A stretch of DNA of 63,147 bases, filler included, from Globobulimina sp. (GCA_003354225.1; 54 parts of 54 records of this genome joined end to end with filler, not necessarily neighbours in it); one strand, 5' to 3'; shown: positions 11,456-23,820, counted from the first letter of the whole stretch. Notes: a model not told the origin generated them from the sequence alone. A program made the numbers and translations.

Positions 11456-11720
11456 GTTTCAGCATTAAATACAGTAGTGTTCCCGATAAGAGATACGCAT
11501 ATTAGTAGCTAATATATATGATTAGTGCTAATATATGCTAATATATAGCTAATATATTGATCATATATATATTACCCAGCGAAGATTTCCTTAGGAATTT
11601 TTTTTTTTTTTTTTTTTTTTNNNNNNNNNNNNNNNNNNNNNNNNNNNNNNNNNNNNNNNNNNNNTTAATTAATTAANNNNNNNNNNNNNNNNNNNNNNNN
11701 NNNNNNNNNNNNNNNNNNNN

Positions 11721-12611
11721 ATCGAAGTCAAAGTCATGAACATGTTTAAATTCATTTTTATATTTATCCATTTTATTCAAATCTTTGATGAGATTCCTGC
11801 CAGAAGCTAAAACACCAAATTTATGATAACCAAGAATCGATTCGGCGCACCATACACCAGCTTGCAATGCAGAGGCAAATCCCGCAGACAGCACATCCTG
11901 GCCACATAACCATAACCCTTTGATGGGCTGTTTTGGTTTTAATAATTGGCAGATTTCAAAGTCAAAATATCTCTCCGGGCAATGACACAAACCATACGAT
12001 TCCCCAACAGATGAACCTAAATAATACTTCGCTGACAATGCCGTACCAATATCAATTTGATCGATCGCATCTTTTGCCGCAGGGAAATATTTAAATAATA
12101 ATTCTTCAATCAATCGGTTTGCAATTTTCCTTTTCAAATCCTCATAATCATCGCCACGTTGGTCACTTTTCCCATTCTCCCATTTCTCAAAATGATATCC
12201 CGGTATTTCTGTAAGAATAATACACGTCGCTTTCCCTGGTCTTTCCGCTTCGAAACTGGGATTTTTCGCAGAGGGAAAGGATAAAAATCCCATTATCGGT
12301 GCATGCAACGGGTCTCTATGGAAGTTAGCAAGCAACTCATCATAATTAACCTCACTTTTATCCTCAAACTGCATATGCCACCGGTTATGAGCAGGGAAGC
12401 CCAACTCCTCCGCAGTGCCATTAAAGCCAATAAAAACATGAAAGTGTTGCGGAGACACTTCAATTGTATTCAATAACCGCTGTATTTGCAACTTTTTGTC
12501 CTGTGATAACACATTGTTTGGCAATGCGTCGACCGGTGCAAATTTACGATACGTAATCACAAATCCTGCGCTTGATTGACCAAAGCAGACAGTTTTTAGC
12601 TGGTTTATCAA
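11721..12611 (-). CDS. RETSAT: All-trans-retinol 13,14-reductase / phytoene desaturase-like FAD oxidoreductase, C-terminal part
   Basis: FLSFPSAKNPSFEAERPGKAT, GTALSAKYYLG, YGLCH and PIKGLWLCGQDVLSAGFASAL motifs. Confidence 0.85.
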
Positions 12612-12647
12612 AGAATGTCAGCATCTTATTATTTTCTCAAAAAAATC

Positions 12648-12792
12648 GGAAGGAAAATAGGTTAATTAATAAAATGTTAAAGGTAACATTTAACTTTTTG
12701 TTTTTCAGTTTGAAATTACTGTTTTTTACTGTAAACTCTTTGAATTTACAGTTTTTTACAGATTATTCAAAATAAAAACATTGAAAGTCAAA
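12648..12792. mobile_element. MITE family A, copy 1 (truncated by contig end)
   Basis: 12691..12792 is a near-exact reverse complement of 23239..23340, and both copies begin GGAAGGAAAATAGGTTAA. Confidence 0.75.
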
Positions 12793-14064
12793 NNNNNNNN
12801 NNNNNNNNNNNNNNNNNNNNNNNNNNNNNNNNNNNNTTAATTAATTAANNNNNNNNNNNNNNNNNNNNNNNNNNNNNNNNNNNNNNNNNNNNCTTCTCCT
12901 TAGCTTGAGCTGTCCCCAGCTCATCCAAAGCAAGTACCATACCAGGTTACCATATTATTTATGAAAGTGAAACAAGAAGTACGGCTCTAGCCAGAACAAA
13001 AAGATCTGTGTTTGGGCACAGACACACAAGGATCAGTCAGCACACTTGTAAAAGACAAGACAAAATGGGGCACACAAAACAAAAAAATGGGGCATACAGT
13101 ACATAGGGGTCACAGGGCACAGGTGTCCGGAACAATGGGACACAATAACATAAACATAGGGCACATAGATAGATAAGGACACTAGGTGTTTCCACCATGA
13201 GGCACCATAATGACAGAGCACATAGGCTAGAATGCCAGAAAATGCATAGAAGTAAGCATTAAACTTACCACAGTGCGTAGAGCAGTATGTGACACCGATG
13301 CCCGTAGCAACGTGTCTTGACATTTTCAAGCAGTGAAGGCAAGTTACTCAGGGTGCCAGGGCACAAACATAGATGTGCTACTGTATCACTGGCATAAGCG
13401 ATAGTTAACAGCTATGACAGAAAAAGTCGGGGCAATATGATAATCCCGATAAGCATAACATAGAAAAGAAAAAGAAAACACTTAAAAACATGTACACATA
13501 AAACAAAACAAAACACACATACCTAATAAACAACAACACCCAAAATTATGACAAGTTACCAAGGAAATATAACAAATTCGAAGCACAGACGGCTCATAGC
13601 CAGAAATTACATAATTAATATTTTTTGTTATTTTCCAGGAACTCTTTTTTCTAATTTTAATATTTTTTCTGTTTTTTTCCTTTTCTGTCATTTTAGAAGA
13701 ACAACCAAATTAACATAAAGAATTACAATTTTTAGGCGAAAATATACAAATACAATGTCGAAAATCGACTAAAAGTTAGAAACATATTGAAATAAATGAA
13801 TGAAGATTAATAATTCTTATAATATTAATTGTAAATGTGAATAATTATCAATAACACATACTGTGAGGTGTGTTATATGGTCTTCCCATTGGTAGGAAAC
13901 CACCAGATAAACACAAACGCTTGTTTTCGAAATCAAAAGTCTACTTAGGGATATTAAAATTTTTNNNNNNNNNNNNNNNNNNNNNNNNNNNNNNNNNNNN
14001 NNNNNNNNTTAATTAATTAANNNNNNNNNNNNNNNNNNNNNNNNNNNNNNNNNNNNNNNNNNNN

Positions 14065-14639
14065 TGATAGCCTAACGATTTTGCATACAATTTCTGCAAA
14101 TCTGGCCAATTATTATTAAAATAGCGGGCTGCAGAATGCACACAAAACTCTTGCAAGGTCAAAAAAATGGGTATCCAAAAAACCGGAGCTAATATATTCT
14201 TTTTTGTTTGGTCGTACCAACCTTTTCCAATCACAAAGTAATTACGAAAGGTGGACAATGATTTTTTGGTCTTGCTCAAATTTACACCATTCCATAATTG
14301 GAGAGCTAAGTATAATTTATTTAGACACGCATCAATAACATCTGATTCGCCAATTAAATCCTCACACTCTGAAACTTGTAAATTTAGGCGGGTTCCAAAT
14401 ATGCGACATTCCTCATTTATGATCTTTTGCAACGTGTTGATTCTTACCGTCATAAATTTAACCTCTCTTTCTTTTAATTTTTGTTTGGTGATTTTGATCC
14501 AAGTGACAAAATTGTCACCGGCTGTTGCTATCACATTATCAATATCTACATCGACGTCTGCATAACCATCCAACGCTCGACGTTGTTTACGTTTTTTCTT
14601 TACAACTTGATTAGTCATATTATTTGTTGCGACGTTCAT
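14065..14639 (-). CDS. Hypothetical protein, 3'-partial
   Basis: ATG-initiated open frame with an NLS-like KKKRKQRR. Confidence 0.5.
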
Positions 14640-14824
14640 ATTTGATGGCAGAATTGTTCAGAAGATTGAAGAGCAATAAAAGTAAAAGTAAAAGTGTTCG
14701 GTTGAAGTCGGAAAAACGATGAGTAGATCACTTGAAGTGGAAAAGATGAAGTCGGAAAAACTCGTGCACTTATTTCAAAAAAAAAAAGCACGGAACAAAT
14801 TCGAAACTCTTTGACAGTTCGACC

Positions 14825-15136
14825 ATGTTCAGGTGTTCAACACCAAATAGACTTTATTTGCAACACCGGTCATCATCATTGCAGTTCAATGCTAGATATC
14901 GCTCGTTTACCATGTTATATACTCCTCGGAAACCGCCTATTTATTATTTTAACAGAGCATTATTTGTAACATCCATCGCATCATTGTCATACATTACGTG
15001 CACTTATTTAAATTACAAATTAGTCTCCGCATCAAATTTACCATTCTCTCTATTTGCATTGATCAGACCATTGCTGTTTCAAATCGATGCAGAACAAGCA
15101 CACATTTATGCAGTTAAATTTGCTCAATTTCCGAAA
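14825..15136 (+). CDS. DHODH: Dihydroorotate dehydrogenase (quinone, class 2), N-terminus with mitochondrial presequence
   Basis: IRPLLFQIDAEQAH matches the class-2 quinone-binding helix, preceded by an Arg/Ser-rich leader and a TM segment. Confidence 0.8.
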
Positions 15137-15690
15137 NNNNNNNNNNNNNNNNNNNNNNNNNNNNNNNNNNNNNNNNNNNNTTAATTAATTAANNNNNNNN
15201 NNNNNNNNNNNNNNNNNNNNNNNNNNNNNNNNNNNNGATCTTTTTGAAAAGATTCAGCCGGGCTCAAAATCTGCTTTAAATCCTCATGAATTGCATGATT
15301 ATCATCAACAATCAGTATTCGTTTTTTTTCTTTACACATGGTATTATTCTCTATCAATAGGTATTGGGAAATCTTTAAACCAGGGTGTTATGTTCATCGG
15401 GTCTGAAACCAAAGGAAGTAATTCATTTTATATAGCAGATTATTTAAAATTGATCAAAAAAAAATTTATTTATTAAATTGTGAAAAAAAATGAATTACAT
15501 ATGAATTAGTTTTCTCATTTTCAAATTATCAAATAGAACAATCACTTTAAAAACAACTCCTATCTATCTTTTATTACATGGTATTTTTCATTTAAAAAGA
15601 ATTGGTACACCTTTTGCTTTAATAGTAATCAGGACTATTAATTGAACGAGCCATCTAAAAACAAAGGAGGGATATTCAATTCAATGGGAG

Positions 15691-15927
15691 GTGGATGTGA
15701 TACATGCGAAATCTTACTCAAAGCAGAAATACCCGGTTACTGACTATTTCAGAGTTATATTTATGGGGATTATAATCCTTCTTACAGCGATACTGGTAAA
15801 AATATTCGGCCTGATGCCAAATTACAGGGATACCGATACAGGCGTTGACAACAGGGAGCATTCTTATTCCGGTATTAGCAATGATAGGGACATGAATAAT
15901 GTTAGAAGTGTTTCGCTACGAAAATGA
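15691..15927 (+). CDS. Small single-TM hypothetical protein (bacterial contig)
   Basis: GGAGG-rich upstream sequence and one hydrophobic helix; the start is uncertain. Confidence 0.35.
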   Translation: MDVIHAKSYSKQKYPVTDYFRVIFMGIIILLTAILVKIFGLMPNYRDTDTGVDNREHSYSGISNDRDMNNVRSVSLRK

Positions 15928-15962
15928 ATGCGATGATTTCAGTTTTGAAATATTAAAAATAA

Positions 15963-16103
15963 GAAATCTCAAAACTCAAATAATAAATATCAATGATTCA
16001 AATTCCAATTTCCAAACAAGTGGTTTTGGGCCTTAATTGGAATTTGGATATTGAGATTTGAGATTTCCTTGTAATTTGTTTTTTGTGATTTGGGGTTTTG
16101 AAA
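15963..16103. repeat. Degenerate 7-bp periodic inverted repeat (AAATCTC-like arm, TTTGAGA-like arm)
   Basis: GAAATCTCAAAACTCAA pairs with TTGAGATTTGAGATTTC, and CAAATTCCAATT pairs with AATTGGAATTTG, in nested order between convergent ORFs. Confidence 0.7.
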
Positions 16104-16106
16104 TAA

Positions 16107-16308
16107 CTACAACCCGAATTCTTTTCCAAGAATTTCAATACTTGCCGACGGCTGCCCCAGTTTTAATTCAATTGCCTTTTCTCGCCTGTAATAGAAATGC
16201 AGATCATAATCAAGGTCAACACCCATTCCACCATGCAGCTGCTGGGCACTGAATGCAACCCGCTGACAGGCTTTGCCTGTAAACAGTTTTGCCATGGCGA
16301 GTTCCTTT
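16107..16308 (-). CDS. Acyl-CoA dehydrogenase, C-terminal fragment (bacterial type)
   Basis: AMAK...AQQLHGGMGVDLDYDLHFYYRR. Confidence 0.85.
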
Positions 16309-16408
16309 NNNNNNNNNNNNNNNNNNNNNNNNNNNNNNNNNNNNNNNNNNNNTTAATTAATTAANNNNNNNNNNNNNNNNNNNNNNNNNNNNNNNNNNNN
16401 NNNNNNNN

Positions 16409-17480
16409 AGCAAAAAATAATTACGCAAGGTTTGTAAATGATTATTTAATTTCAAATGAAACACCAAAACTGCCCATAATTTATGCGCGATTTCGCTTTT
16501 AATTTTATCTAAAACACATTCTAATTCATTTACATTAAATAAATTAAATTTTAATTTGTGTAGTTGGAGAGAGGTGGAAAACATTTCCTGTTCAGTTAAC
16601 ATTAAATTCATTCCGTTTGGAGAAAATGTCAAATTTGTGGTTGATGATGGATATGATTCGGATTCCATTTCTAAATCAGAACAATTATACTTACACTCAT
16701 TTGTTGGTGTATTTATTTTTGTATTTGTCGTTGTCTCTTTTTCATATTTAAATGCATTTAATATTCTGACAGCTTTCCCGATAAATAATATTTTATCAAT
16801 GATATGATGTGGAATATGTTTGATTGGTAACATATTATAATTGATTAAAAACTGATTGTTCCAAGACAGTAATTCATATTTTTGATTGGCATATTCGTAT
16901 TGCGTTTTTTGGTTTGAATAGGTTTCGTTTTCATTGATAAAGAATTCTGAATAGGAATCTGATAAAATTCCGTATGCTACAAATGATGTTATTTGATTGT
17001 ACCAAATATATAATATTTTGCGTAATAATTTGTTTAAATTATTCTTAATGAATAAGACACCGCCATTTAATATCACTAAATCTAATAATTTCGCTAAAAT
17101 CTTGCCACCAAATAAATGGTTTTGCAGTACTTCTTGACATAAATTATTGTTGATGCAGTCAAATAAGTTGATGTATTTCCTAAATGTTTTTTGTAACCGA
17201 CAAATTGAGATTGACTCTTCAGAGATTGCCGATATTCCGTAAGTGCGACGAAATAATATTATTTCATGTTTGTAGGTTTCCACTAATTCTCGGATTCCAT
17301 GACATAATGTTTTGACATACAATCCATTCAATACTTTTTTATTGAGATTAATATTTGGTTTTCTATATTCATAATGTTTAATAAATGCTTGTAATTCTTT
17401 GACATGAATACCTAAAATAAGAATATCTTCCAACATTTGCTGTTGGGATGGATTTATTGCTAAAATTTTGCATGCACCAT
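16409..17480 (-). CDS. TUBGCP4: Gamma-tubulin complex component 4 (Spc97/Spc98 family), internal fragment
   Basis: GLYVKTLCHG, YGILSDSYSEFFI, MLP..IP..IIDKILFIGKAVRIL and LNNHLQTLRNYFL. Confidence 0.85.
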
Positions 17481-17615
17481 NNNNNNNNNNNNNNNNNNNN
17501 NNNNNNNNNNNNNNNNNNNNNNNNTTAATTAATTAANNNNNNNNNNNNNNNNNNNNNNNNNNNNNNNNNNNNNNNNNNNNAGCCTGTGAACTGAGTTTTG
17601 TTTGTATGGATTATT

Positions 17616-17799
17616 GAAAGAAATGCATTAAAGTCAGAGGTTTGAGAGGTTGAGAGGTTCAAGAAGTTGAATTATTAATGAAACAAGAATCAAATTCTAC
17701 GATACTTTTATCCACCAACTTCCGAACATCCCAACCTCTCAACGCATAAACTTCAGAACCTCTCAACTTCTCAACCTCTGACTTAAATGCATTCCTTCC
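17616..17799. mobile_element. MITE family B (184 bp, about 50-bp imperfect TIRs, ATT on both flanks)
   Basis: GAAAGAAATGCATTAAAGTCAGAGGTTTGAGAGGTTGAGAGGTTC matches the reverse complement of the right end, GGAAGGAATGCATTTAAGTCAGAGGTTGAGAAGTTGAGAGGTTC. Confidence 0.75.
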
Positions 17800-18271
17800 A
17801 TTCTCGTGGAATTTGCTCAAAATTAGCAAACAGACTAATCTAAACATCACGAACAACATACTAAGAGCTTTGCTGCTCAGCTCATACCATAGTCAAAGTG
17901 AACCAGGTTTTCAGCTTGGTTACATATTCTTGTTATTTAGTATTCTTGATGCTAGCGTGCATTTTCAAATTGTTGGGTCGGTTTGAGTTGATCCAAGATG
18001 TGAAAAACATTTCTAATCAAGTCACTTTGATCATGGTTGCGTGCATTGTCAAGAATGTGACTTGTTTACTACTCACTATCCTTAACCAGTAAACATATCG
18101 GAAAATTAAAAATTGTTGGAAAATTATATGCGGCGGGCTGGCTAAAGAACATAATCTTGCAAAAAAGTTTAGTTTGGTCTTATTCTCAGTGAGATATATT
18201 AACACAATGATAAATAATTAATCCCACACAAAGAAACAAACAAATCAAAAAAAATAATATAGTTATATTAT

Positions 18272-18466
18272 TTAAGCCCAATGTCCTTTTTTAATCCAAA
18301 CAGCATCAATAACAGATTTATTTTCCGCTTCAATAAACTGCCATAATAAATGTGTTTCATTGGCAACAGTAACCTGCGTGACCCCAAATTTTGCATTATT
18401 ATAAACAGCTGTATATTTTTTTAATTTTATTGGTTTTATATTGTGGTCGTGCCCTTCAATGTTGCC
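18272..18466 (-). CDS. Purple acid phosphatase (ACP7-like), last exon
   Basis: GNIEGH...FGVTQVTVANETHLLWQFI...VIDAVWIKK matches the C-terminal domain. Confidence 0.75.
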   Translation of the reverse strand, partial: GNIEGHDHNIKPIKLKKYTAVYNNAKFGVTQVTVANETHLLWQFIEAENKSVIDAVWIKKGHWA

Positions 18467-18752
18467 CACACATCCCAACAATTTTTTTCACATTTATTTC
18501 ATTGCTTGTATTGGTTGGAGGTCGCCTCAGGATTTGCACCTGAATCTTCTGTATGCGTCAATACCATACAGTGCTCTGCTTGAACTAGGCGATAATTTTA
18601 ATTTTCATCAAATATCAATCTAATAATTCTAATAATCAATAAATTAAAGTATNNNNNNNNNNNNNNNNNNNNNNNNNNNNNNNNNNNNNNNNNNNNTTAA
18701 TTAATTAANNNNNNNNNNNNNNNNNNNNNNNNNNNNNNNNNNNNNNNNNNNN

Positions 18753-19706
18753 GATAACATTAACCATAATATTGCCTATCATTTCATATATCAATCATAT
18801 GCCATTAAAAAACACAAAAATGCAACAACTAAACATGTGGCGTTGAAATAAAAAAATTAAATCCCTCATATAACATATCGGGATCAGTACTGTATAACAC
18901 AGCCAATGACCATAAAAATCCAAAGGTCGATGCAAATAACATAGCCTCACAATGCGTTGCCTTGTACTTTTTAAAAATATTTTTTTTCTCAAAATTACTG
19001 GTAAAAGAATCAAATATAACTCCTCCAATCATAAATATATAGCCCCAAAAAGGATCGGTACCGGCTTTACTTGATTTGGTCGCGGCGTCGGCCGAGGAAA
19101 ATATTATTATTCCAATTACCAATATTATAACAGATATAATCTCCGTCACATTAAATATTTTACCAACGTAAAGATATTCGAGTATCATAGTTGGCACTGG
19201 TTTGGCTCCTAACACGTAGACAGTAGATACAATGCATGGGTTTGTATTTATTTTATTTTATAATTTGATTTTAAGCAAAACGGACCTTTAAATATGATAC
19301 GGGTTGGATAGGATATATATTTAAGACCAGAATTGGTACAAAACATGCCGCCAAAAGTGAATACGGATAATAAAATATAATTTGAAACGGGCGCTCTTGG
19401 CGATGTAATGCTCCCTTGTTTGCCGCCAGAAAGAGAGATTTCAAATAATGCACAACACGCAAAGGTTAAGGTTTCAATCACTGTCATAAATTTGGCATAA
19501 TGGAAGCCTTCAATACGAGTTACTTTCTCTTGTAAAAATGCAAACAAAACGGATGAGATAATATGACAAACTGCTAATGTTATGAATAACAATGCGGTGC
19601 TAGATCTAATATATGATGGTAACGAAAATCCAAATATTACCAGTTCATCATTTTTCTTCTGTTTTCTGGCTTTTTTAGTTGACTTCTTTTTCCTTTTGGC
19701 GGACAT
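18753..19706 (-). CDS. SLC35B3: UAA-family nucleotide-sugar/PAPS transporter (PAPST2-like); introns 19209..19285 and 18776..18834
   Basis: TNSGLKYISYPTRIIFK|GAKPVPTM and DSFTSNFEK...EAMLFASTFG; splicing restores the frame. Confidence 0.8.
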
Positions 19707-20617
19707 TGTTCGCGGTGTGAGTTGGCAGTTTGAAAATGAAAATAAAGATGAAAACAGTTTTTAGTATTCTTGCATTTTCCGTTTTTTTTTGTTTGACTAA
19801 AAATAAGGATGATCGAAGACAAAGNNNNNNNNNNNNNNNNNNNNNNNNNNNNNNNNNNNNNNNNNNNNTTAATTAATTAANNNNNNNNNNNNNNNNNNNN
19901 NNNNNNNNNNNNNNNNNNNNNNNNCATTATTTTGTTTGACAATATTGGTTTATTTTATTATTTATATTTGTTATACCAATGTTGGATCGATATTATTACA
20001 TTTGGTTATTGATTGTTTGTTAAATTTATTGAATCCTTTTTATTTTCATTCTTCTGCCCAATAAATAAATATGGTCAAAATATTGCTGGAATTTCAGAAA
20101 TTGGATAGTCACAAATGCATCGATCAATATTAATTGTGTGTTGTCGTGATGTGATGCGATAAATCTACTAAAGATAATATATCAACGTATTCCACTTTTT
20201 TAACCAATTTTTTGTATGCTCCCATCTGGTTAGATCGGACGCCTATGGATCAAAAACACAAACTGACGAAAGCATCTAATTATTTAGTAAAGTTTTTGAG
20301 ATGAAAGTCAGTTTTAAAACTGTTTGCATCCGATCATCTTCTTCAAAATAACAGTAATTTAGTGGTCTGATTCTATTCTTGCTGGCCGTTTGTGGAAATA
20401 GTTGCTGCGATTTCTGTACAAAAAGACATATTTTTTATTTGGACCAAAAAAAACATACAATCTTTCTTTTTTTAATTTTCACATCAAAAAAAAAGAAAAA
20501 ATAATCAAATATAAATAAGAGGATACAATCAAATATAAAATCCAAACCACAAAACAAAAAAGAAAGTCATCAACATTTAAAGATGGAAAGTGCTACAATA
20601 TGAATATGGCAAATATA

Positions 20618-20996
20618 TTAATTTCTTGATTTTGCCTCAAGTCGTTCATATTCATCGATTCTCATTAAAATAACCGGTTTGGCAGTTTCCTGTATTTCGC
20701 CCGCCAAATAAAACTCGTCCACGAGAGTTAATACTTTGTGAAAATTGAAAACCAAATCTAATTCACAGACATTCCCAAAAAAAGAATCCAATAATTCGAC
20801 AAATAAATGTATCGATTCTAAGTATGCTAATTCATTGTCATTGGTATCGATACATAAACTAAAAAACAATCCGGCGTAGCGTCGATAGACAATTTTATAA
20901 TTACTCCATTCAATGAAGTTTGTAAATTTTTGGTCCCGCGTTGTTACCATACGATGGATGTCCACTTCGATGGACCTTTTCTCGTCGGTCGGATAA
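20618..20996 (-). CDS. AP2S1: AP-2 complex sigma subunit, 5'-partial
   Basis: [57 protein letters not shown]. Confidence 0.93.
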
Positions 20997-21096
20997 NNNN
21001 NNNNNNNNNNNNNNNNNNNNNNNNNNNNNNNNNNNNNNNNTTAATTAATTAANNNNNNNNNNNNNNNNNNNNNNNNNNNNNNNNNNNNNNNNNNNN

Positions 21097-21531
21097 GCGA
21101 AGCGAAATAGAAATGTTCCACTGGATATGCGAAAGTATCAGGATATAAACTAAATAAGCTCAAAAATGTATTGGTTCCAGTTTTGGGAGGTCCTGATAAC
21201 AAAAAATGCCAATACAGTTTATAATGAATATACATAAATTCAGATTTATTTTTATAGCTAACACATATAGAAAAACATAACCTGATATAATGAGTGCTGG
21301 CACACCAATTTTAATGCTGTTATTATAAAAATGTTGCTCTTTAAAGGAGGAAACGTCAACATTGCGAATATCAATTGGAATGACAGAGGCAGTCGCCTGG
21401 TTTGCTATCACTTGAGTGGATTTTTCTAATGTATTCCATGGATCATCCACCAAATAAATAATTGTGTAGCAACCAAGAACAAATAATATTGATACAGTGC
21501 TTAAATATGTTCTGTTACATTTCAACGACAT
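21097..21531 (-). CDS. Golgi type II sulfotransferase, N-terminus; intron 21193..21281
   Basis: N-terminal TM segment, then the spliced PAPS-binding loop LIIS|GPPKTGT and EHFYF. Confidence 0.8.
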
Positions 21532-21600
21532 TATAGATTTTTTAAAAGCTACTGTAAAGTAACCATACTCTTTTTCATTTTCCCCGCTCCAATCAACACA

Positions 21601-22059
21601 ATGTCCACCAAAGGAGACAAAAAAGCATCGAATGGCAAAAAGAAGATTAAAAAAAAAAAGTCCTCGCATATAAAACAAAAATCTGACGCCAACCCACCAC
21701 GAAAAATAAAATCAAAACCCAAATCATTGGGAAAGTCCAAAGCAAACTCAGACGTTTTACCGAAAATCAAAAAGAAGAAAAAACAATCCCCACCAAAAAA
21801 CAACCACAAATCTGATGATAAATCAGATGGTAAAATCAAACGAAAAAAACGACGCAAATCGCGCAAAAGCAATGCATTTGAGCCAATTTGCACGGATTCT
21901 ACGCCGGATTCTGCAGTAATATCCAAACCAAAAGGTATACGAAAAAAACGTAAAAACTCTAAAAATATAGAAAATATCAAAAAACAATTGCAATTATCAT
22001 ACTCTTCCACACCGTCCACACCCTCATCGAGCAAAGCAGACCAAAGGGGTCGAACATGA
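21601..22059 (+). CDS. Lys-rich low-complexity protein (probably N-terminal part)
   Basis: 152-aa ORF, strongly Lys/Ser-biased. Confidence 0.55.
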   Translation: MSTKGDKKASNGKKKIKKKKSSHIKQKSDANPPRKIKSKPKSLGKSKANSDVLPKIKKKKKQSPPKNNHKSDDKSDGKIKRKKRRKSRKSNAFEPICTDSTPDSAVISKPKGIRKKRKNSKNIENIKKQLQLSYSSTPSTPSSSKADQRGRT

Positions 22060-22323
22060 AACTCAAGTGGAACCTAACTCTCAGAATCAGAACACTGCGC
22101 ACAGCGCCTCTGACCTTTTGGATGGTCTTGTGCGCGGGTCTCATCGCGGGCCAGGCGTCGGCCGCGGTNNNNNNNNNNNNNNNNNNNNNNNNNNNNNNNN
22201 NNNNNNNNNNNNTTAATTAATTAANNNNNNNNNNNNNNNNNNNNNNNNNNNNNNNNNNNNNNNNNNNNTGTGACATTTTTTGCGGAACAGAATTCTGGAG
22301 GTTTGTTACTTGTGAAGCAGTAG

Positions 22324-22896
22324 TGTGGAGCAAAAACACTGTCGCATGACATAATTGATTTTGATTTTGATGCGAGGTTTGTGTACAAAGCAGATTTTGA
22401 TGGTAATGGTATATGTTATGGTCTTGGCTCAAATTATGGGAAAACAGAATGGTCAAATCCGGCCAAAAAAGGGCTAATTCGCTTGAAATCAACTGGTTGG
22501 CACTTTGGAGCGATAGAAAACGTTGTTGGGAGATCTGATGTGAAATATAATTATACAAATTCAGTAAAACATGCATGGATTAGTATTGATTTTGGACCAA
22601 AATTAAAGATTAAACCATCGCATTATACATTGAAACATGATATCCATAATAATTATCGTCTCAGGACATGGAATTTTGAAGGAAGCAATGATGAGAATAA
22701 TTGGAAAGTGTTGAAAAAACATGAAAATGATACAAATTTAAATAAAAGATTCGCTACGCATACGTGGACAATTGATACTGATGAATATTTTCAAATGTTT
22801 AGGATATATATGGTTGGGAAAGATTCCCATGGCGATTGGGGTATATGTTGTTCTGGATTTGAAATATATGGACATTTACTTGCTAATAATCGTTAA
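22324..22896 (+). CDS. HECTD1-type SUN/discoidin (galactose-binding-like) domain, C-terminal exon
   Basis: DFDGNGICYGLG..WSNPA, AWISIDFG..PSHYTLKH, LRTWNFEGSND..W..L..HENDT.L and SGFEIYG. Confidence 0.8.
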   Translation, partial: CGAKTLSHDIIDFDFDARFVYKADFDGNGICYGLGSNYGKTEWSNPAKKGLIRLKSTGWHFGAIENVVGRSDVKYNYTNSVKHAWISIDFGPKLKIKPSHYTLKHDIHNNYRLRTWNFEGSNDENNWKVLKKHENDTNLNKRFATHTWTIDTDEYFQMFRIYMVGKDSHGDWGICCSGFEIYGHLLANNR

Positions 22897-23174
22897 ATAT
22901 ATGACATTATCCGCACATTCTTATGTTTTTGTATAAACTAACTAACTAACTAACTAACAATCAATCAATCAAATAATTTGTTTCAATTTATTTTGGAAAA
23001 TATTACATATGTTGTCAAAACGGGGCAGACTTCGTGAAAAAATGTCGCAAGGATGCAACCTGAAATTGACGCTACTGATGTGTTCGACAGGATCAGTACA
23101 AAACAAAAAAAAACCTTTCAAACAGCAAAAAAAATCAGTACTTATCGGAGACACATAATTGACTATGTCTAACT

Positions 23175-23340
23175 GGAAGGAAAATAGGTTAATAATAAAA
23201 TGTTAATGGTTCCCGATGAAACACCTTTAAGAATTCAATTTTGACTTTCAATGTTTTTATTTTGAATAATCTGTAAAAAACTGTAAATTCAAAGAGTTTA
23301 CAGTAAAAACAGTAATTTCAAACTGAAAAGCAAAAAGTTA
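23175..23340. mobile_element. MITE family A, copy 2 (entered from the opposite terminus, truncated)
   Basis: Same GGAAGGAAAATAGGTTAA terminus as at 12648, followed by the internal segment in reverse orientation. Confidence 0.75.
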
Positions 23341-23440
23341 NNNNNNNNNNNNNNNNNNNNNNNNNNNNNNNNNNNNNNNNNNNNTTAATTAATTAANNNN
23401 NNNNNNNNNNNNNNNNNNNNNNNNNNNNNNNNNNNNNNNN

Positions 23441-23820
23441 CATTTTTACAGGCCATATCGTCATCGTCTTTGCCTGTGTTTTGTTCAGCCATTCCATTGA
23501 TTGTTATTGAACAGATCACCGGGACAGCTTTTGGCTTTTCTGAGGCGATTAGATTTCTTATCACTGGTTTGTGTTATATTATCGTTGGACTTCTGACAGA
23601 GACAAATGATGGCAATCAAAAGTATATTGAGGCGGTATATTTTTTTTTGGGAGCAATTACAGTATCATCCATTATTTATATTATTTCAATGCATTTAGAT
23701 GTAACACAAAATAACTCTGTTTTGAGGAGGAAAATGCATCCGGAAATTGATAAAATATCGTCATCAGACGGTAAAAAGTCATTAATGACAAGAATGAGCA
23801 TTGTAAGTGCCTGTGAATAA
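23441..23820 (+). CDS. MFS transporter (MFSD1-like), C-terminal fragment
   Basis: SAIPLIV...GTAFG..IIVGLL followed by a final TM helix. Confidence 0.65.

Noticed and set aside
11599-11620. Poly-T run as a retrocopy tail
   Set aside because: It lies at the contig edge with no visible TSD or element body, so it cannot be interpreted.
22090-22168. GC-rich contig end as a structured RNA
   Set aside because: Too short, with no recognisable fold; it may be a chimeric join.
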